DNA of 64,000 bases from the NCBI RefSeq assembly GCF_000181795.1, contig NW_003526943.1:5096588-5160587 (forward strand), in the 5' to 3' direction. Both the position numbers and the translations under genes were made by a program. The stretch's first letter is position 1. Each line of letters starts with the position of its first letter. The stretch is from Trichinella spiralis (Eukaryota). Of this stretch, positions 25,012 through 40,055 are shown one piece after another. The notes below the pieces were generated by a model that had not been told where the DNA came from, did not search any database, and saw only the letters and a program-made list of their open reading frames with translations.

Positions 25012-28000
25012 ATGCAAATTTCATCTTTATTATTGTCGTTAATTTGTTTGATTGATATCCACTGCCATGCCGAGAATGCAGATGAACATCATCGACAGCA
25101 ACGATCGACTGAAGTGGTCAAACAAAAACCTGGACGTGATTTGCTCGCCGCTGATGTGGACAATCCGACGTCGGATCTGATCGATTCAGATATAAGGAAA
25201 AAGGCGTTCACTTTTGGTCAGACAAAACAACAACGAGACAGGATCAATTTCATTTTGAAGCAAATGGAACAATTGATGCTCAGCAATGTCAAAATGGAAC
25301 GATTGGCGGTTGCGGATACGAAATCCATGGTCCCGTCGTTGGAGAAGCGAATTTCCAATCAGGTATGTAAATTGAGAAATTTGTTTCCCTCAAACGCCGG
25401 TGAAGGTCACGTTTTTACCGTTAGCTATAGAGTGTAGATTGATTTCTGTATAGCTGTTTCGGCGCTTGTAAAGCCAAGCAGCAGAATGAACTGGGTTACC
25501 AGGTTGCTGGGCGCCTACTTTGCTACTAACCTCAATTCAAAGCATACTTCGCTGTCGGTCACAATCAGCTGCTGCTCAGAATGCAAACGAATTTCTAATC
25601 TCCACCGCTTAAAATCTTTACAACTCTTCTTTCTTCGAATATGCTACGAGGAAATCTTTTCTGTTATATATGTTTTTTTTTCTTTAAATATTTTTAATTT
25701 TCATTTTTTTTTCAAAATCAAATGCAAAACTTTGAAATAATTAATTCTATTACGAATTTATGAGTGAGTAGATTGAGCTTATTTGTGCAAATGAAAATGA
25801 AATTCCTCAATATGTGGTGTTATTTTTCGTCGTTAATGAAAACACGGACAGGCTTGAAAATGCGAACACACCCCAGTCGAATGTCGTGGCACGTTGATTA
25901 TTTAGGCCGACGGTACCGTTTTCAAGGGGGAGGAAAGAAACAAGGTAAACAAGGAAGAGAAGTTGTTCTTCCCCCCTTTTCCCAACATCTTCTATTTTAC
26001 TATCCTTCATCAAGGAGAAGTTCCAATTTTTATTGAAATTTGTATTATTGCTTTTTTTGTTGCTGTAAATTTCCCCCTCCCCCTCTTCATTTCCCCCTTC
26101 TCGCTTCGCATCACATCACCCAATACAGTTGTATGCGCCGCATAAGTTGTTCAATTGTTTTTCAATTTATCCAATTGTGTCAAATTGTAAAATCTGTTCA
26201 ATTCTTCAACTCCATAGCAATGGAATAATAATTTTTACCCGTCACCTTCTACCGATATACTTGACATGATTTTTCCAGTTTTCTTTTACAAAATGAAGTA
26301 TAATTTCAAGCATCCGCTTGTGCAGTTGAAAGTTTTTTCAACAATGTCCAACATCCATGCATCGTTTAATTTTGAAAAGTTAAACTTTTAAATTTGGAAT
26401 ATTCAACTGGACTAATTGTGTAAAAAGTTATTCTCATCCAATTTAGATTTGCAGTTCAAGGTGATTTCGATTTTCAAACCCAATACGAGATAAACGCAAT
26501 TAAATGACATATTATGCCCACAAAATGTGAAAACATTATAAATTAGACATTATATTTCGGTGTTTTCTTCAATTCAACATTACAAACAAAAATGTGACAA
26601 CGAAATGAAGCTTTCAATTGAAAATAATGATTTTTTGATAAAGGTGGTATTTGTAAAAAAAAACAAGAACTAATTTCATACATAGCAATGTTATGTTTTT
26701 TCATTGAAATTATTTTCCAGTTTATTTTTTTTTGCTTTTTGAATATGCAGAGTTTGTCATTGAACAATAAAAATACAACATGATGAAAGCTGCTTGTAAA
26801 CTGAATTAAATTTAATATTAAATATTCATTTTGTATTCGGTTCTGTTGACATGAATGAAAATCATTTTAAAATCAAATAGTGAATTTTGTGCCAATAAAA
26901 GTACTTTTTTGTGCAATGTTATTTTGTTCAAATGTAAAAATGAACAAGTAGCTTTTTTTCAGATAGAAGCAAACCTGTATCAATCGGAGGATAGTTTTCA
27001 TCGAAGATTGCAAGATCAGCGTAAAAATGCTTCGAATTCTTCAATAGATTATTTGAAGCACAAACCGCACAAAGAGCAACCGGGACGATTTATGGACAGC
27101 GATCCGCATGGGAAAAGTCCCGAAGAAAGTGGCAGCCATTACGAAGGTAACAAAAGTGGATAAAGTTGTTTCAAACATTTGTTTCATTATTTTTACTTTT
27201 TGCAGGTGATATTGTGCTGACACCTGAACAAGCTGAAGAGCTTTATTCTTCACTTGTGCATAAAAATGATCGACGTCAAAAGCGCAAATTTATCGCTTTG
27301 AACGCAAGGCATTGGGATTCATCTGTGCCGATTGATTACAGTTTCGACGGATCGCACAGTAATTAAGATGGAAATTAATTATTTAAAAGAAAAACTTAAA
27401 GCATTAATATTTTGTAGCTTCAAAGCAAGAACGACTTATAGAATTGGCGTTGAAGCACTGGGAAAATGTTACTTGCCTGCGTTTCCGAAGACGCTTCGAC
27501 ACGCCGAAGGGAAATCGGATAATTTTCACTGATGTAGATGGATGTGCTTCGAATGTTGGTCGAAATCCAATGAAAGAACCTCAGTATGTTTCTCTGTCGT
27601 TGGATTGTATGAAGGTGAGTTAAGATTGGTTGGTTGGAAAAGGTTTTCATTAAAAAGAACGACATTTCAGTTGGGAGTGATTGCTCATGAAGTGGCGCAT
27701 GCGTTGGGCTTTTGGCATGAACAATCTCGTCCGGACAGAGATCGTTTTGTAAATGTGGTGTGGAGAAATATTGATGAAGGCTCGTTGGCTCAATTTCTTA
27801 AAGAGCAAACCCGAGAAGTGGATTCCAAAGGTATACCGTATGATTATGGTTCCATCATGCACTATAGGAGTAAAGTATACATTGTATGCTCATTTGAATC
27901 TTCATTCAATAGTATCAGTGGTTGTTGTTTTTAGGCTTTTGCCAAAAATGGTGATTTGTACACCCTATTGACAAATGTTCAAAATTATCAAAGGACGATT

Positions 28001-30253
28001 GGTCAACGTGATCATTTATCATTCAATGATATTCGCTTGATGAATCAAATTTACTGTAGTCGTAAGTTCTCGAACAACAACAACAACAACAAATGAAATA
28101 ATTGACATGCGTGTGCAAATGAAATTTTTCAGACGTTTGCACCCCTTTGAATTGTCAACGTGGAGGCTATACAGATCCGAAGAAATGCAGCCGTTGCCGT
28201 TGCCCTGACGGTTTTACAGGCAAACTTTGTGAAATCGTCATGCCTGGTTTTGGTGAGCAATTTTCTCTCGCTCTTTTACAGTAATGATAGTGATTGAGCA
28301 AAAAGCTTTCACAATAAACAGTAAACAATGAAAACCAAAATTTTTACATCACAACCTGTACCTGGTTTTGCGACAAATATTAAACTTGTTTACTGTTTAC
28401 TTGGCTATCTGAGTTGACAGGCCGGAAATGGGAAAATTGTTTGCTAACGTAGAACAGTCGCAAATAACGTTCCATTCTATATTACATTAGCTGAATTTTC
28501 TAGCTATTTTTAAATTTAAATTTTGAATTTTAAAATCCTTTCACTTTGTGAACGAAACATTTGCAACATTTTGCACAATATCCTTTTCCACCAAGCATGC
28601 AAGCAATTTTATTTGTAATTTGAATAAATGAATGTACAATTTTAGATGCAAATTGTGGTGGACTGGTTGCAGTTAAAAGTCGATGGCATTATTTCAGCTC
28701 TCCCAATTATCCAAAGGCGTTCAAAGCTGGACAAGAATGCAGCTGGTTGTTCAGGGTTTGTTTGTTTTTATTTTGAAATTTATTAAAAATAAATAAACAG
28801 ACAACTTTAAGGCTTCGGATGGTCTGCGTGTAGAGTTGGAATTTATAGAACGTTTCGACATTTATTGCAAGGCGGAACATTCTCTTTGCATGGACTACAT
28901 TGAAATTCGAAATTCTAGCGATTTTGCCAACACAGGAATGAGGTAAAAAATTTAATTTTTATTATTCCTTTTTAAATAGTATCATAATTTTAAATTTATT
29001 TAGACTTTGTTGTCACAATATTCCAAAGCAAAGAATTTATTCATCAACGACTGATATGCTGGTTTTATTCCGCTCGTTTTATCGTTCTGGTCTAGGATTT
29101 CGTGCCAGAGTACGAGCAGGTAATTTTTGAAGGAAGAACTTAATTTTCAAAATTCAATTTCTTCTGTCAACAGATTTGCATTTGTTATGATATGGAAATA
29201 TCATAGTTACCGCGCATTATGCAGCTAAATCATATATATATATATATATTAAATATAGTTTTTTTTACAAGAAAAAATTTATAAATTCATAAAATTATAT
29301 TACTGAGATGTAAATTAAGAAAATGACGCATTATAAATGAAGCTTGAAATAATTTTTTAAAAGATAATTTGTAAGAAAATTAATTACATTTACAAATATA
29401 CAGTTATATTTTAGTGGTGAAAGGCGAAAGGCTGCGATCCATTCGTTCAGGTATGCCACACAGCACAGTAGTTTAACCGCTTGAATGTAGCTTCAGATAA
29501 AATTTAGAATGCGCATTAAATATTTAAATTAGAAAAAGAAGCTTAAGTGATCATTTTAAAATCATTTTTCCTGAACTGCGTGCAATGCGTGTGAAATGGT
29601 GGAGCATCTTTTTTATTCATGATCAATTATGGATTTAAAAAAATAATTAATTATTATTTTTTCATTCCGTTTCATTTTACAGTTCCACCTTCTGGCGAAT
29701 GGGAAAAATGGGGAGAATGGAGTCCGTGTAGCGTATCCTGCGGTGGCTGCGGCGTGCAAACACGACAACGGAAATGTCCAAAAGATTCCTTATGCGCGTA
29801 ACAGAATATGGCGAACGAATTGAATATAATCCTGAAAAAGCTCAACAATTTGTTTCTGCTTTTAGCGGTGAATCTACAAGTGTGCAGAGCTGCGGAAATG
29901 TACCTTGTGAAAAATGCAAAGAAGAAAAATTGGTTTCAGTATCCTGCGGATTGTGGGGTCTATTTCGATGTGAAGCGTATGAAGAAACATTACATTTTTT
30001 GCATCTATTTAAAAAGCTCCTCTAGAAAAGTTCATTTTTTTCTAATTATAATTTTAAATTTAGTTCGTACAAATAGTTTTGTAATTTGCAAATTTTTGAC
30101 AATTTTAAAACTAATTTCTTGATTATAGCAATGCTTTTCATTGTATTTGCTAATTTTTTATTTAGAATGCAATCCGTAGAAGTGCCATGCAAAGAAAAAT
30201 GCTGTACCGGCTATACAGTTGTAAATGGTGTATGCGAACCAGTTACATTATAA
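25012..30253 (+). CDS. dpy-31: Astacin (M12A) procollagen C-peptidase DPY-31/NAS-35: signal peptide, prodomain, astacin, EGF, CUB, TSP1
   Basis: ATG 25012 with signal peptide; EGDIVLTPEQA..RQKR/KFI furin site; FTDVDGCASNVGR; HEVAHALGFWHEQSRPDRD zinc motif; SIMHY Met-turn; CQRGGYTDP..CRCPDGFTG EGF; CUB CMDYIEIRNSSDFANTGMR; TSP1 WEKWGEWSPCSVSCGGCG; TAA 30251-30253. Confidence 0.9.
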
Positions 30254-31020
30254 ATGAAAAAAAATCGCTGTTATTTATTTTATTTTATTTGCAAGTTGTT
30301 TCGAAGCCAAATATGCTGCTGCCGTTGTTATAAATTGGTTATATCGTGTTAAAAATCATGCTTTCACAATGATGAATGAGCCATTTATTTGTTTGTAAAC
30401 GTCTTGCTTGATATAGATATTACCATCTGCTTTAAGATATCATTGCCTTTTTAGAATATTCAGCAAGTTATAATAAGAATACTTTTATCATTGATAGCAT
30501 ATCTTTACTGTGCCCGTGCTATCTGGAACTGTTTTTGTTTTCAAAAATTAAAAAATGCTATGCACTTTATCTGTTCGATATCATTACATTGATAAAAACA
30601 AAAACCAACGTAATTATAAAAGTTCAATTAATTTATTGTACTACAACAACTTCATTTTAATAGCAAATTTCAAGTTAAAGCTAATTTAAAACTTAAACAA
30701 CGCCTGAAATTGACAGAAATACTCCACCAGAATAACAATGTGAAATATTTACCGTTCATTATTCTGATTCAATTGTTGAATTCAGTTCTGATTTGAACAT
30801 TTTAATAAAAAGCAACCGTCTTGTTCACAACACAAGAAAAAAAATTAAAAATATCAAACTATAGTTATGAATAACTGACCAGCAGCAATCAATCTGGACG
30901 AAAGTATTTAACAAGCAGCACACATTAGACGAATACACAAAACAACATCAAAATGTAAATGCGCCAAATTTACACATTAAACTGCAATATATATGTATAT
31001 ATATATAATTAAATGTAAAG

Positions 31021-32097
31021 TCAAAGGTTCTTCCTCCGTTTCATTTCAGGCTCTTCTGACAATTTGTCATTTTCTTCTTCCTTGCTATTTAAGGCAGCTT
31101 GTTCATTTTTCACTAAAAAATAAAGCAATTTCATCAAATATATTCATAAATTATTAATTCCAGTTAAAATCAGTAAAGACCATCAACATTTCATTAAAAT
31201 AAACTTACTTAAATCACTGAAATCCGATGCTCCAGTAACTTGATTTGACATTCCATTGTTCATTATAGCCTGATTTGAATCACTATCGAAGCATGGCTCA
31301 GAAAATGCTACAAAATCATAAAACAGTAAAAGTATATGAGTAAAAAAATATTACCATTTGAATCATCATTTGTTTCAGAAAAATTAGAACTCGCCTTCTG
31401 GTCGCTTTCTTGTCCTTCATCTACAATATAAGTGCAATATAAATTAAATTAAATTAAATTAAATGTAACACATAATTTAAAAATGGGCCTACAATCCAAA
31501 ATGTAATCGGTACTATCCTGTGACGATTCAGCATTTTCATTCGTCAATTTTGTTATATTTACCGATGTCGGAGCCTTGCGATTCTATAAAATCATTGCCA
31601 TTAAACAGTAAAATAGATTCCACACGTATTTTAAAAAATAATTTAAAATATTATTTATTTGCAATATATCATAAGAGCACACTTACTGTAACTAAACTTT
31701 CTGATTCAGTCACTTAAAAAGAAGATCAGTCAAATTTAAGTAGTTTAGGTGAAAATTAACACCATATGCAACATACCTGGAATCCATTTTAAAACTCGCA
31801 CAGTTGAATCTCTCAATGTGACCCATCGTTGCTCCCTTTAAAATAGAAAATGTTACTTGTCACAAAAAGAGTAATGAAAAATCAAAAGCAAAAATCAATT
31901 CAATCAAAATCAAACAAACGCAAGCAACTCAAATTCAGACTTATTTAAACAGTTTGATGGTGGGCAGTTTTTTCAAATTTAATTTTAAATTTCATGCCTG
32001 CTTACCATTTTCTAACACGTTCAATCGTATTAATCACACGTTTTACTTCTTCTTTACTCCGATTACGTGTCTCAGCTCGAAGAGAACGTGACAACAT
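31021..32097 (-). CDS. bcl-7: BCL7-family SWI/SNF subunit, 7 short exons, absent from the ORF track
   Basis: Exons 32097-32006 and about 31836-31777 give MLSRSLRAETRNRSKEEVKRVINTIERVRKWEQRWVTLRDSTVRVLKWIP, the BCL7 N-terminal domain. The Ser/Asp/Asn-rich tail ends EPEMKRRKNL* at 31021. Confidence 0.9.
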
Positions 32098-32663
32098 AAT
32101 TCAACTAAAACGTAAAAAAATAAAACTAATTTTTAAAAATATTTTTAAAATTACATTAATTTTTTTTTAATTAAAGCAATTTTTCAATATTTATGAAATG
32201 ATAAATTAAAACTAGCTCAAAAATTAAAAAAAAGAGTCAACCGAAATAATACCTAATTTAGAACTACAGTATTTTTAAAAATAAAGTATTATTTCTTATA
32301 ATGCTATATTAAAGCGTTTATTTGAAATTTCCGGCTTTTAAACAAAATATTTGAAACTGATTAAATTAAATGAAATATTGATTAGTGAGAAAGTAAATAA
32401 AATTGTATAACATTGTCGAAATAATTGCAACAAAAGAACAATGTACGCACGTGCTCGTTTTTTGGGAAATATGTACTTGAGCTTTTATTTGCATTGAAAA
32501 TACAACAAAGAGTTGTTGAAAATACTTCACGTAATAATATATATTGCTTTATTCTTTTATTAACAACATACAAACGAAACAATTTCATTTAAATGACTAC
32601 CCGGAAAAAACAGTATAAACATATGACAAAACACTGAAAAAAACAATTTCACACTAAAAAGCA

Positions 32664-33503
32664 TTATTGAAAATCTTCTGTAGTTTGTAAAATTGGTGTG
32701 TCTTGAGAATCATTCAAACTAGACCGATACAGAAAGTACTGAGCTATAGTGAAAATGTCAAGAAAACAACAACCTAAACTTCCGAGAAGCCAAGGCATAT
32801 GACGAACAAAATAATCTTCATCAACCCCACCTAAACATACAGATAGACCGTATGTAAAATTTGCTGCAAAAATAAGATAAAACATCCACATGTTGATGCC
32901 TCTGGTTGATTTTCGACGAAAATTTTTATACAGTTGTGGAAAACGACTGGAAATGTAACAAATACACGAAACTATACCCATGGCGTAGCCAAGCTGATCG
33001 ACAGAACCATGGAAAACAGCGCCATCGACTTCATCAACTTCATAGAACTGACTAACTGCTAAAGTTTGAACAGCAGCAGGAATAAGTAAGCATCGAAGCG
33101 AGCCAGAGCCAAGATCGCGTGCAAAGTGATTTCGCCATTCATTCTTCATTTTATAGTAAAAGTATTGTATTAATATTATCAAATCTTGAAACACATAATA
33201 AATGGCAACAAAAATTTGAGTGGGTAGCTGTTTCGTAAGTACAGCTCCGGTAAGATTCAGCGAATCACCCAAAAACCAAAGCAACAAAAAGTAAACAGAC
33301 AAGGCATCATTACAGTGACCTCTTTTATAATTAGTGTAGAGCTGGGGAAAAAGCGGAAAAAACCACATCATCAACGATATTATACCAATCCAAAAGGACG
33401 CCAGTTGCATGTCCGTTTCCACACATTCACCAAAATACTCGTAGATCCAGCCAACCCCATTCGGGCACACCGAATCATTGCTTACTAACAATTTCCAAAA
33501 CAT
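32664..33503 (-). CDS. laat-1: PQ-loop lysosomal cationic amino-acid transporter (PQLC2/SLC66A1), intronless
   Basis: CPNGVGWIYEYFGECV N-terminus, two PQ loops (FPQLYTNYK, SRFPQLYKNFRRKST), WFLGDSLNL, PWLLGSLG and a C-terminal DTPIL dileucine-like signal. Confidence 0.88.
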   Translation of the reverse strand: MFWKLLVSNDSVCPNGVGWIYEYFGECVETDMQLASFWIGIISLMMWFFPLFPQLYTNYKRGHCNDALSVYFLLLWFLGDSLNLTGAVLTKQLPTQIFVAIYYVFQDLIILIQYFYYKMKNEWRNHFARDLGSGSLRCLLIPAAVQTLAVSQFYEVDEVDGAVFHGSVDQLGYAMGIVSCICYISSRFPQLYKNFRRKSTRGINMWMFYLIFAANFTYGLSVCLGGVDEDYFVRHMPWLLGSLGCCFLDIFTIAQYFLYRSSLNDSQDTPILQTTEDFQ

Positions 33504-33937
33504 CGTATTGTTTTAAGTTTGCAAATCAAAAACTACTTCAGTAAGAGCAAAGAAAACACCAATAAATAACTCTAAAATCACAAGCAACTGCACATTTTTT
33601 ATTTCCGTGACCTACTATTACGGTAAATAAAGTTATGTTACTGTAAATCAAGAATTAAATATTTTTATTTTGAATTATTGAATTACACTTCAAAATTGAT
33701 ATTTATTTCAATGTATTATTGGTCCATTGAAGAAAATCAAGTATCAAACAGTAATAGAAAATTAATCTACTTGTGACTTTTGCTGCAATTTTCATGTAAC
33801 TTTACATTCAAGGTATACTGTCCGAAAAGAAACGAGAAAATTATGATGTATTTCTCGCATTTTACATACGTAAATATCGCGCAATTTAAAATAGAACTTT
33901 CATAATTCATATTTTGTGTTTAATATAATTTAAACAC

Positions 33938-35296
33938 TTACAAAAATGCTGAAATATTATGATCCAAAGACATTTCATTTAAACATTTCTCTGGAAGAAG
34001 TTTCGTCAGTCCTAAATAAATTATGGCGACTAGAGCTGCCGAATGCTCCGAATACCGCTTATTTGAGATCCACAATTCAGATTTGAAATGCTTATTATCT
34101 AAAGTAACATAGCTGTTAAATTTCCGATCACTACTTCTCTGTTCCGTGTGATAGACCGGTTGACGACGATTTGTTTCTCTACACCACTGATGTAAAAGTA
34201 ATTTTGGAGTTTTGAGCTTGAAATGCTTTCTAACGTAATTGACTTTTAATGAAAAAGTTTCACCTTCGAATGTTTTTCTCAGTCTGTTGCATTCCATACT
34301 TTTTTGCAACGATTTGACTCGATCTTCGTATATTTTCTCCATTCCCCACACCTGACAAATTTCATACATTGTAGCAGCTGCTGCAGTTTCTTGAATGATT
34401 TTCACAAAATCATGCCGTTCTCTAGACATCCTTTGAATTGTATATTTTACAAGTTGAACACATTCTTCATACTTTACAGCGTAACTGATGTAACGTGAAA
34501 CTACCGTTTTAAAATCATCAAAACCGTCTGATTGAAAAATTGACGGACTGACAATCGCGGCACGAGCAATCATTGCATGTGTAGCGTGGCATTTCAGACG
34601 AAAATTTTCTATATCCGTATGGTGACGTATTTCAGAAGAGCCGCCATTGCAAATGACAGGAATGCGCACTGCACGAGCAACTTCCGCAATGAAGTCATCC
34701 CTGTTCGGATGTTGAGCTCGTTCTGATGTCGTTCGTCCATGGATAGTAATTGCTTGGACGCCACATTCTTCAATCAGACGACATAAATCAACGGTGTCTT
34801 CGACACTGGGCAAAACGCGTATTTTACAAGAAACTGGCTTGGAAATATTTTCAACTAGCATAGTTAAAATGCTCCTCACTTTTTCACGCTGCTCAAGTAA
34901 AGCTGCGCCCATTCCACCTAGCAGTGAAAAAGGTTTCGGACATCCCATGTTGACATCAATTCCAGCCACATCCTGTTCGACAACTCGAGCTGCAGCCAAA
35001 GCTTTTTCTCCGTCACTGGTTCCTATTTGAAATACCAATTTATTAGTCTCTTTAGAAGAGGTACGAAATCTGGGAAAATTATCTCCCTCTGAACAGAAGT
35101 CGATGGTTCCAAGGTGTTCGTTAATTTTTCTCCTGCAACCAATAATTTTCTGATCGACAATTTCTTCTGTAAATACTAAATCAGCACCATAATCGAGGCA
35201 CATAAGACGAAATGGCAGTGTACTAATTCGAACCATTGGCGCCAATATGCGCTTACCCGCTCCAGACCATAACTGCTTTTTACATACTTCATCCAT
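33938..35296 (-). CDS. DUS2: tRNA-dihydrouridine(20) synthase with C-terminal dsRNA-binding domain, intronless (upstream ATG at 35362 also possible)
   Basis: ILAPMVRISTLPFR, FTEEIVD, VFQIGTSD, IDVNMGCPKPFS (catalytic Cys), CKIRVLP, IHGR, PVICNGGS; dsRBD TPKLLLHQWC..NKRYSEHSAALV. Confidence 0.93.
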   Translation of the reverse strand: MDEVCKKQLWSGAGKRILAPMVRISTLPFRLMCLDYGADLVFTEEIVDQKIIGCRRKINEHLGTIDFCSEGDNFPRFRTSSKETNKLVFQIGTSDGEKALAAARVVEQDVAGIDVNMGCPKPFSLLGGMGAALLEQREKVRSILTMLVENISKPVSCKIRVLPSVEDTVDLCRLIEECGVQAITIHGRTTSERAQHPNRDDFIAEVARAVRIPVICNGGSSEIRHHTDIENFRLKCHATHAMIARAAIVSPSIFQSDGFDDFKTVVSRYISYAVKYEECVQLVKYTIQRMSRERHDFVKIIQETAAAATMYEICQVWGMEKIYEDRVKSLQKSMECNRLRKTFEGETFSLKVNYVRKHFKLKTPKLLLHQWCRETNRRQPVYHTEQRSSDRKFNSYVTLDNKHFKSELWISNKRYSEHSAALVAIIYLGLTKLLPEKCLNEMSLDHNISAFL

Positions 35297-35846
35297 TTGC
35301 AAAAATTTCAACCATAACTGTTGATCGAAAAGCAAAATTACAATGACACCTACTTGTGTCATACTGTAAAAATTGAAACTGGCATTTATGCATTTCTTCA
35401 CTTTTTGTTTTTGTTCTTATAAAAACGTCATTTTATTCAAAAAATATATAAATAGTCTCCTTATACATATTTTTATACTTTATTTACTTTTCAAGATTTT
35501 ATAAATTTATTTTAAAATACGTTTGAAATAAATATATTTTAAATTAGAAATATATAAACTCAATGCTTAAATTAATACAAAAATCTCATCTTTTTTCGCA
35601 TAAAATAATCTTATTTAACTTGAAATTTTAGGAGGATTACTGTAATTATTTTTTCACTTTGCAACAAAGTAAAATAAAATATACTTCTATTTTAATTCAA
35701 AAAATAATTAGATTTAAATATATGTTTACTATATTTAAAGTTGAAATTTTAATTTTAATAAAGATACAAATATTTTCACTTGACATTCAATGTCTTAACA
35801 CTGTAATGAGTGCAACGCTGTCGTTTTTGGGGATTGTCTTGGTTAG

Positions 35847-38756
<2,910 letters not shown>

Positions 38757-39462
38757 GAGGAAAAAATAATCTTGGAATTTTTTAATGAAATAATTCAATA
38801 AATTGATTTTGAATGCTTGAATTTTTCAACAGTACTTGAAAACAGCGAATACTTTTCATTTATGCATTGTTTTGAATTTGCGCAAGCGGGTGACAGTTGA
38901 AGCAGAGAATTGCTATGCAAAATTGATGAACAGAAAATGCATTTAGAATTACATATCATTTCAGCAATCAGAAGTGAAAAAATTAGTTAATTTTTGAATG
39001 TTTTTGAACATGTAACGTATGTTATAGTCATTCAATTAAATACGAATACTGCGATAGCTATTTTATTTTATGAGTCTATTTGAGTATAGAATGCTAGGTT
39101 TGCAATTCTCTCTGTAAATTGAAATATATTTTTAAGGTTTTTAAACTTATTTTCTTAAATTTTAATATTATAATTTTCATTATTGTATTTTTAACATTAC
39201 AATTAATATTTTTTAAATGCTAACATGTAATATTTAGAAAATGAATACAAAATATTTCTGAAATGAATTCTTGAATGCGCTTTTCAATAGCTGATTTGTA
39301 ATATAAGCAAATTTTCTTTATATTACCGTGATATTTCCAGAAGCATAAATATTTCTGTTTCATTAAAATCAAAGTTTTGATGCAAGTTTTATTTATTTTA
39401 TTTCATTTTATAGAATTTTTTGAAAGTAAAAATAATGGAATTTAGTGATCTATGTATGACTG

Positions 39463-40055
39463 TCAAATAATGGGATCACATACTAGACCATAGTCTTCTG
39501 GTCTTTCATGAAAATGGTAGGTAAGTGTACAATTCAATTTACATCCTGACTCTTCACAATTCTGGTAAACTTCCTTACGTGATATCTAAAATATGAACTG
39601 CAATCATATTATTCATTAGTTGCAAAATATTTTGCAATTATACCTTTGAAGATGTCTCACATTTCGTCAACGTTGCTATGAAGATAATCCTTCCAGTGTA
39701 AGTTACAGGAGTAGTAGCATCAATACCTTCCAAAACCTTGTGGAAATGTGGAAAATGGGCTAGATCTTTAGTATATAGAACAGATTTAAGAAGGGGCAAT
39801 TGCCTTTGTGCAGCAGCCTAAAAAAGGCTCTTTCTCTTTTAATTGCCAGCACACTGAAGCTTCAAAGAGTTTAGCTATTTTACTGTTACTTCTTTGATTA
39901 ACTATATTTTCAAAATAATTTGACTGCTATATTTTAATATCAGTGAAATATTTATGTGCAATAAATTTAATCGTATCATATTGTAAGTTTACCCGCGATT
40001 CTTCAGTATTCGTAAAAAGGCAGGCAATTACTGTAAGAAACAATATCACCAGCAT
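39463..40055 (-). CDS. Small secreted cystatin-like protein, 119 aa; exons 40055-39993, 39817-39644, 39585-39463; absent from the ORF track
   Basis: Three phase-0 GT-AG-joined exons give MLVILFLTVIACLFTNTEESR/AAAQRQLPLLKSVLYTKDLAHFPHFHKVLEGIDATTPVTYTGRIIFIATLTKCETSSK/ISRKEVYQNCEESGCKLNCTLTYHFHERPEDYGLVCDPII*, with a hydrophobic signal peptide and cystatin-like Cys spacing. Confidence 0.7.
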
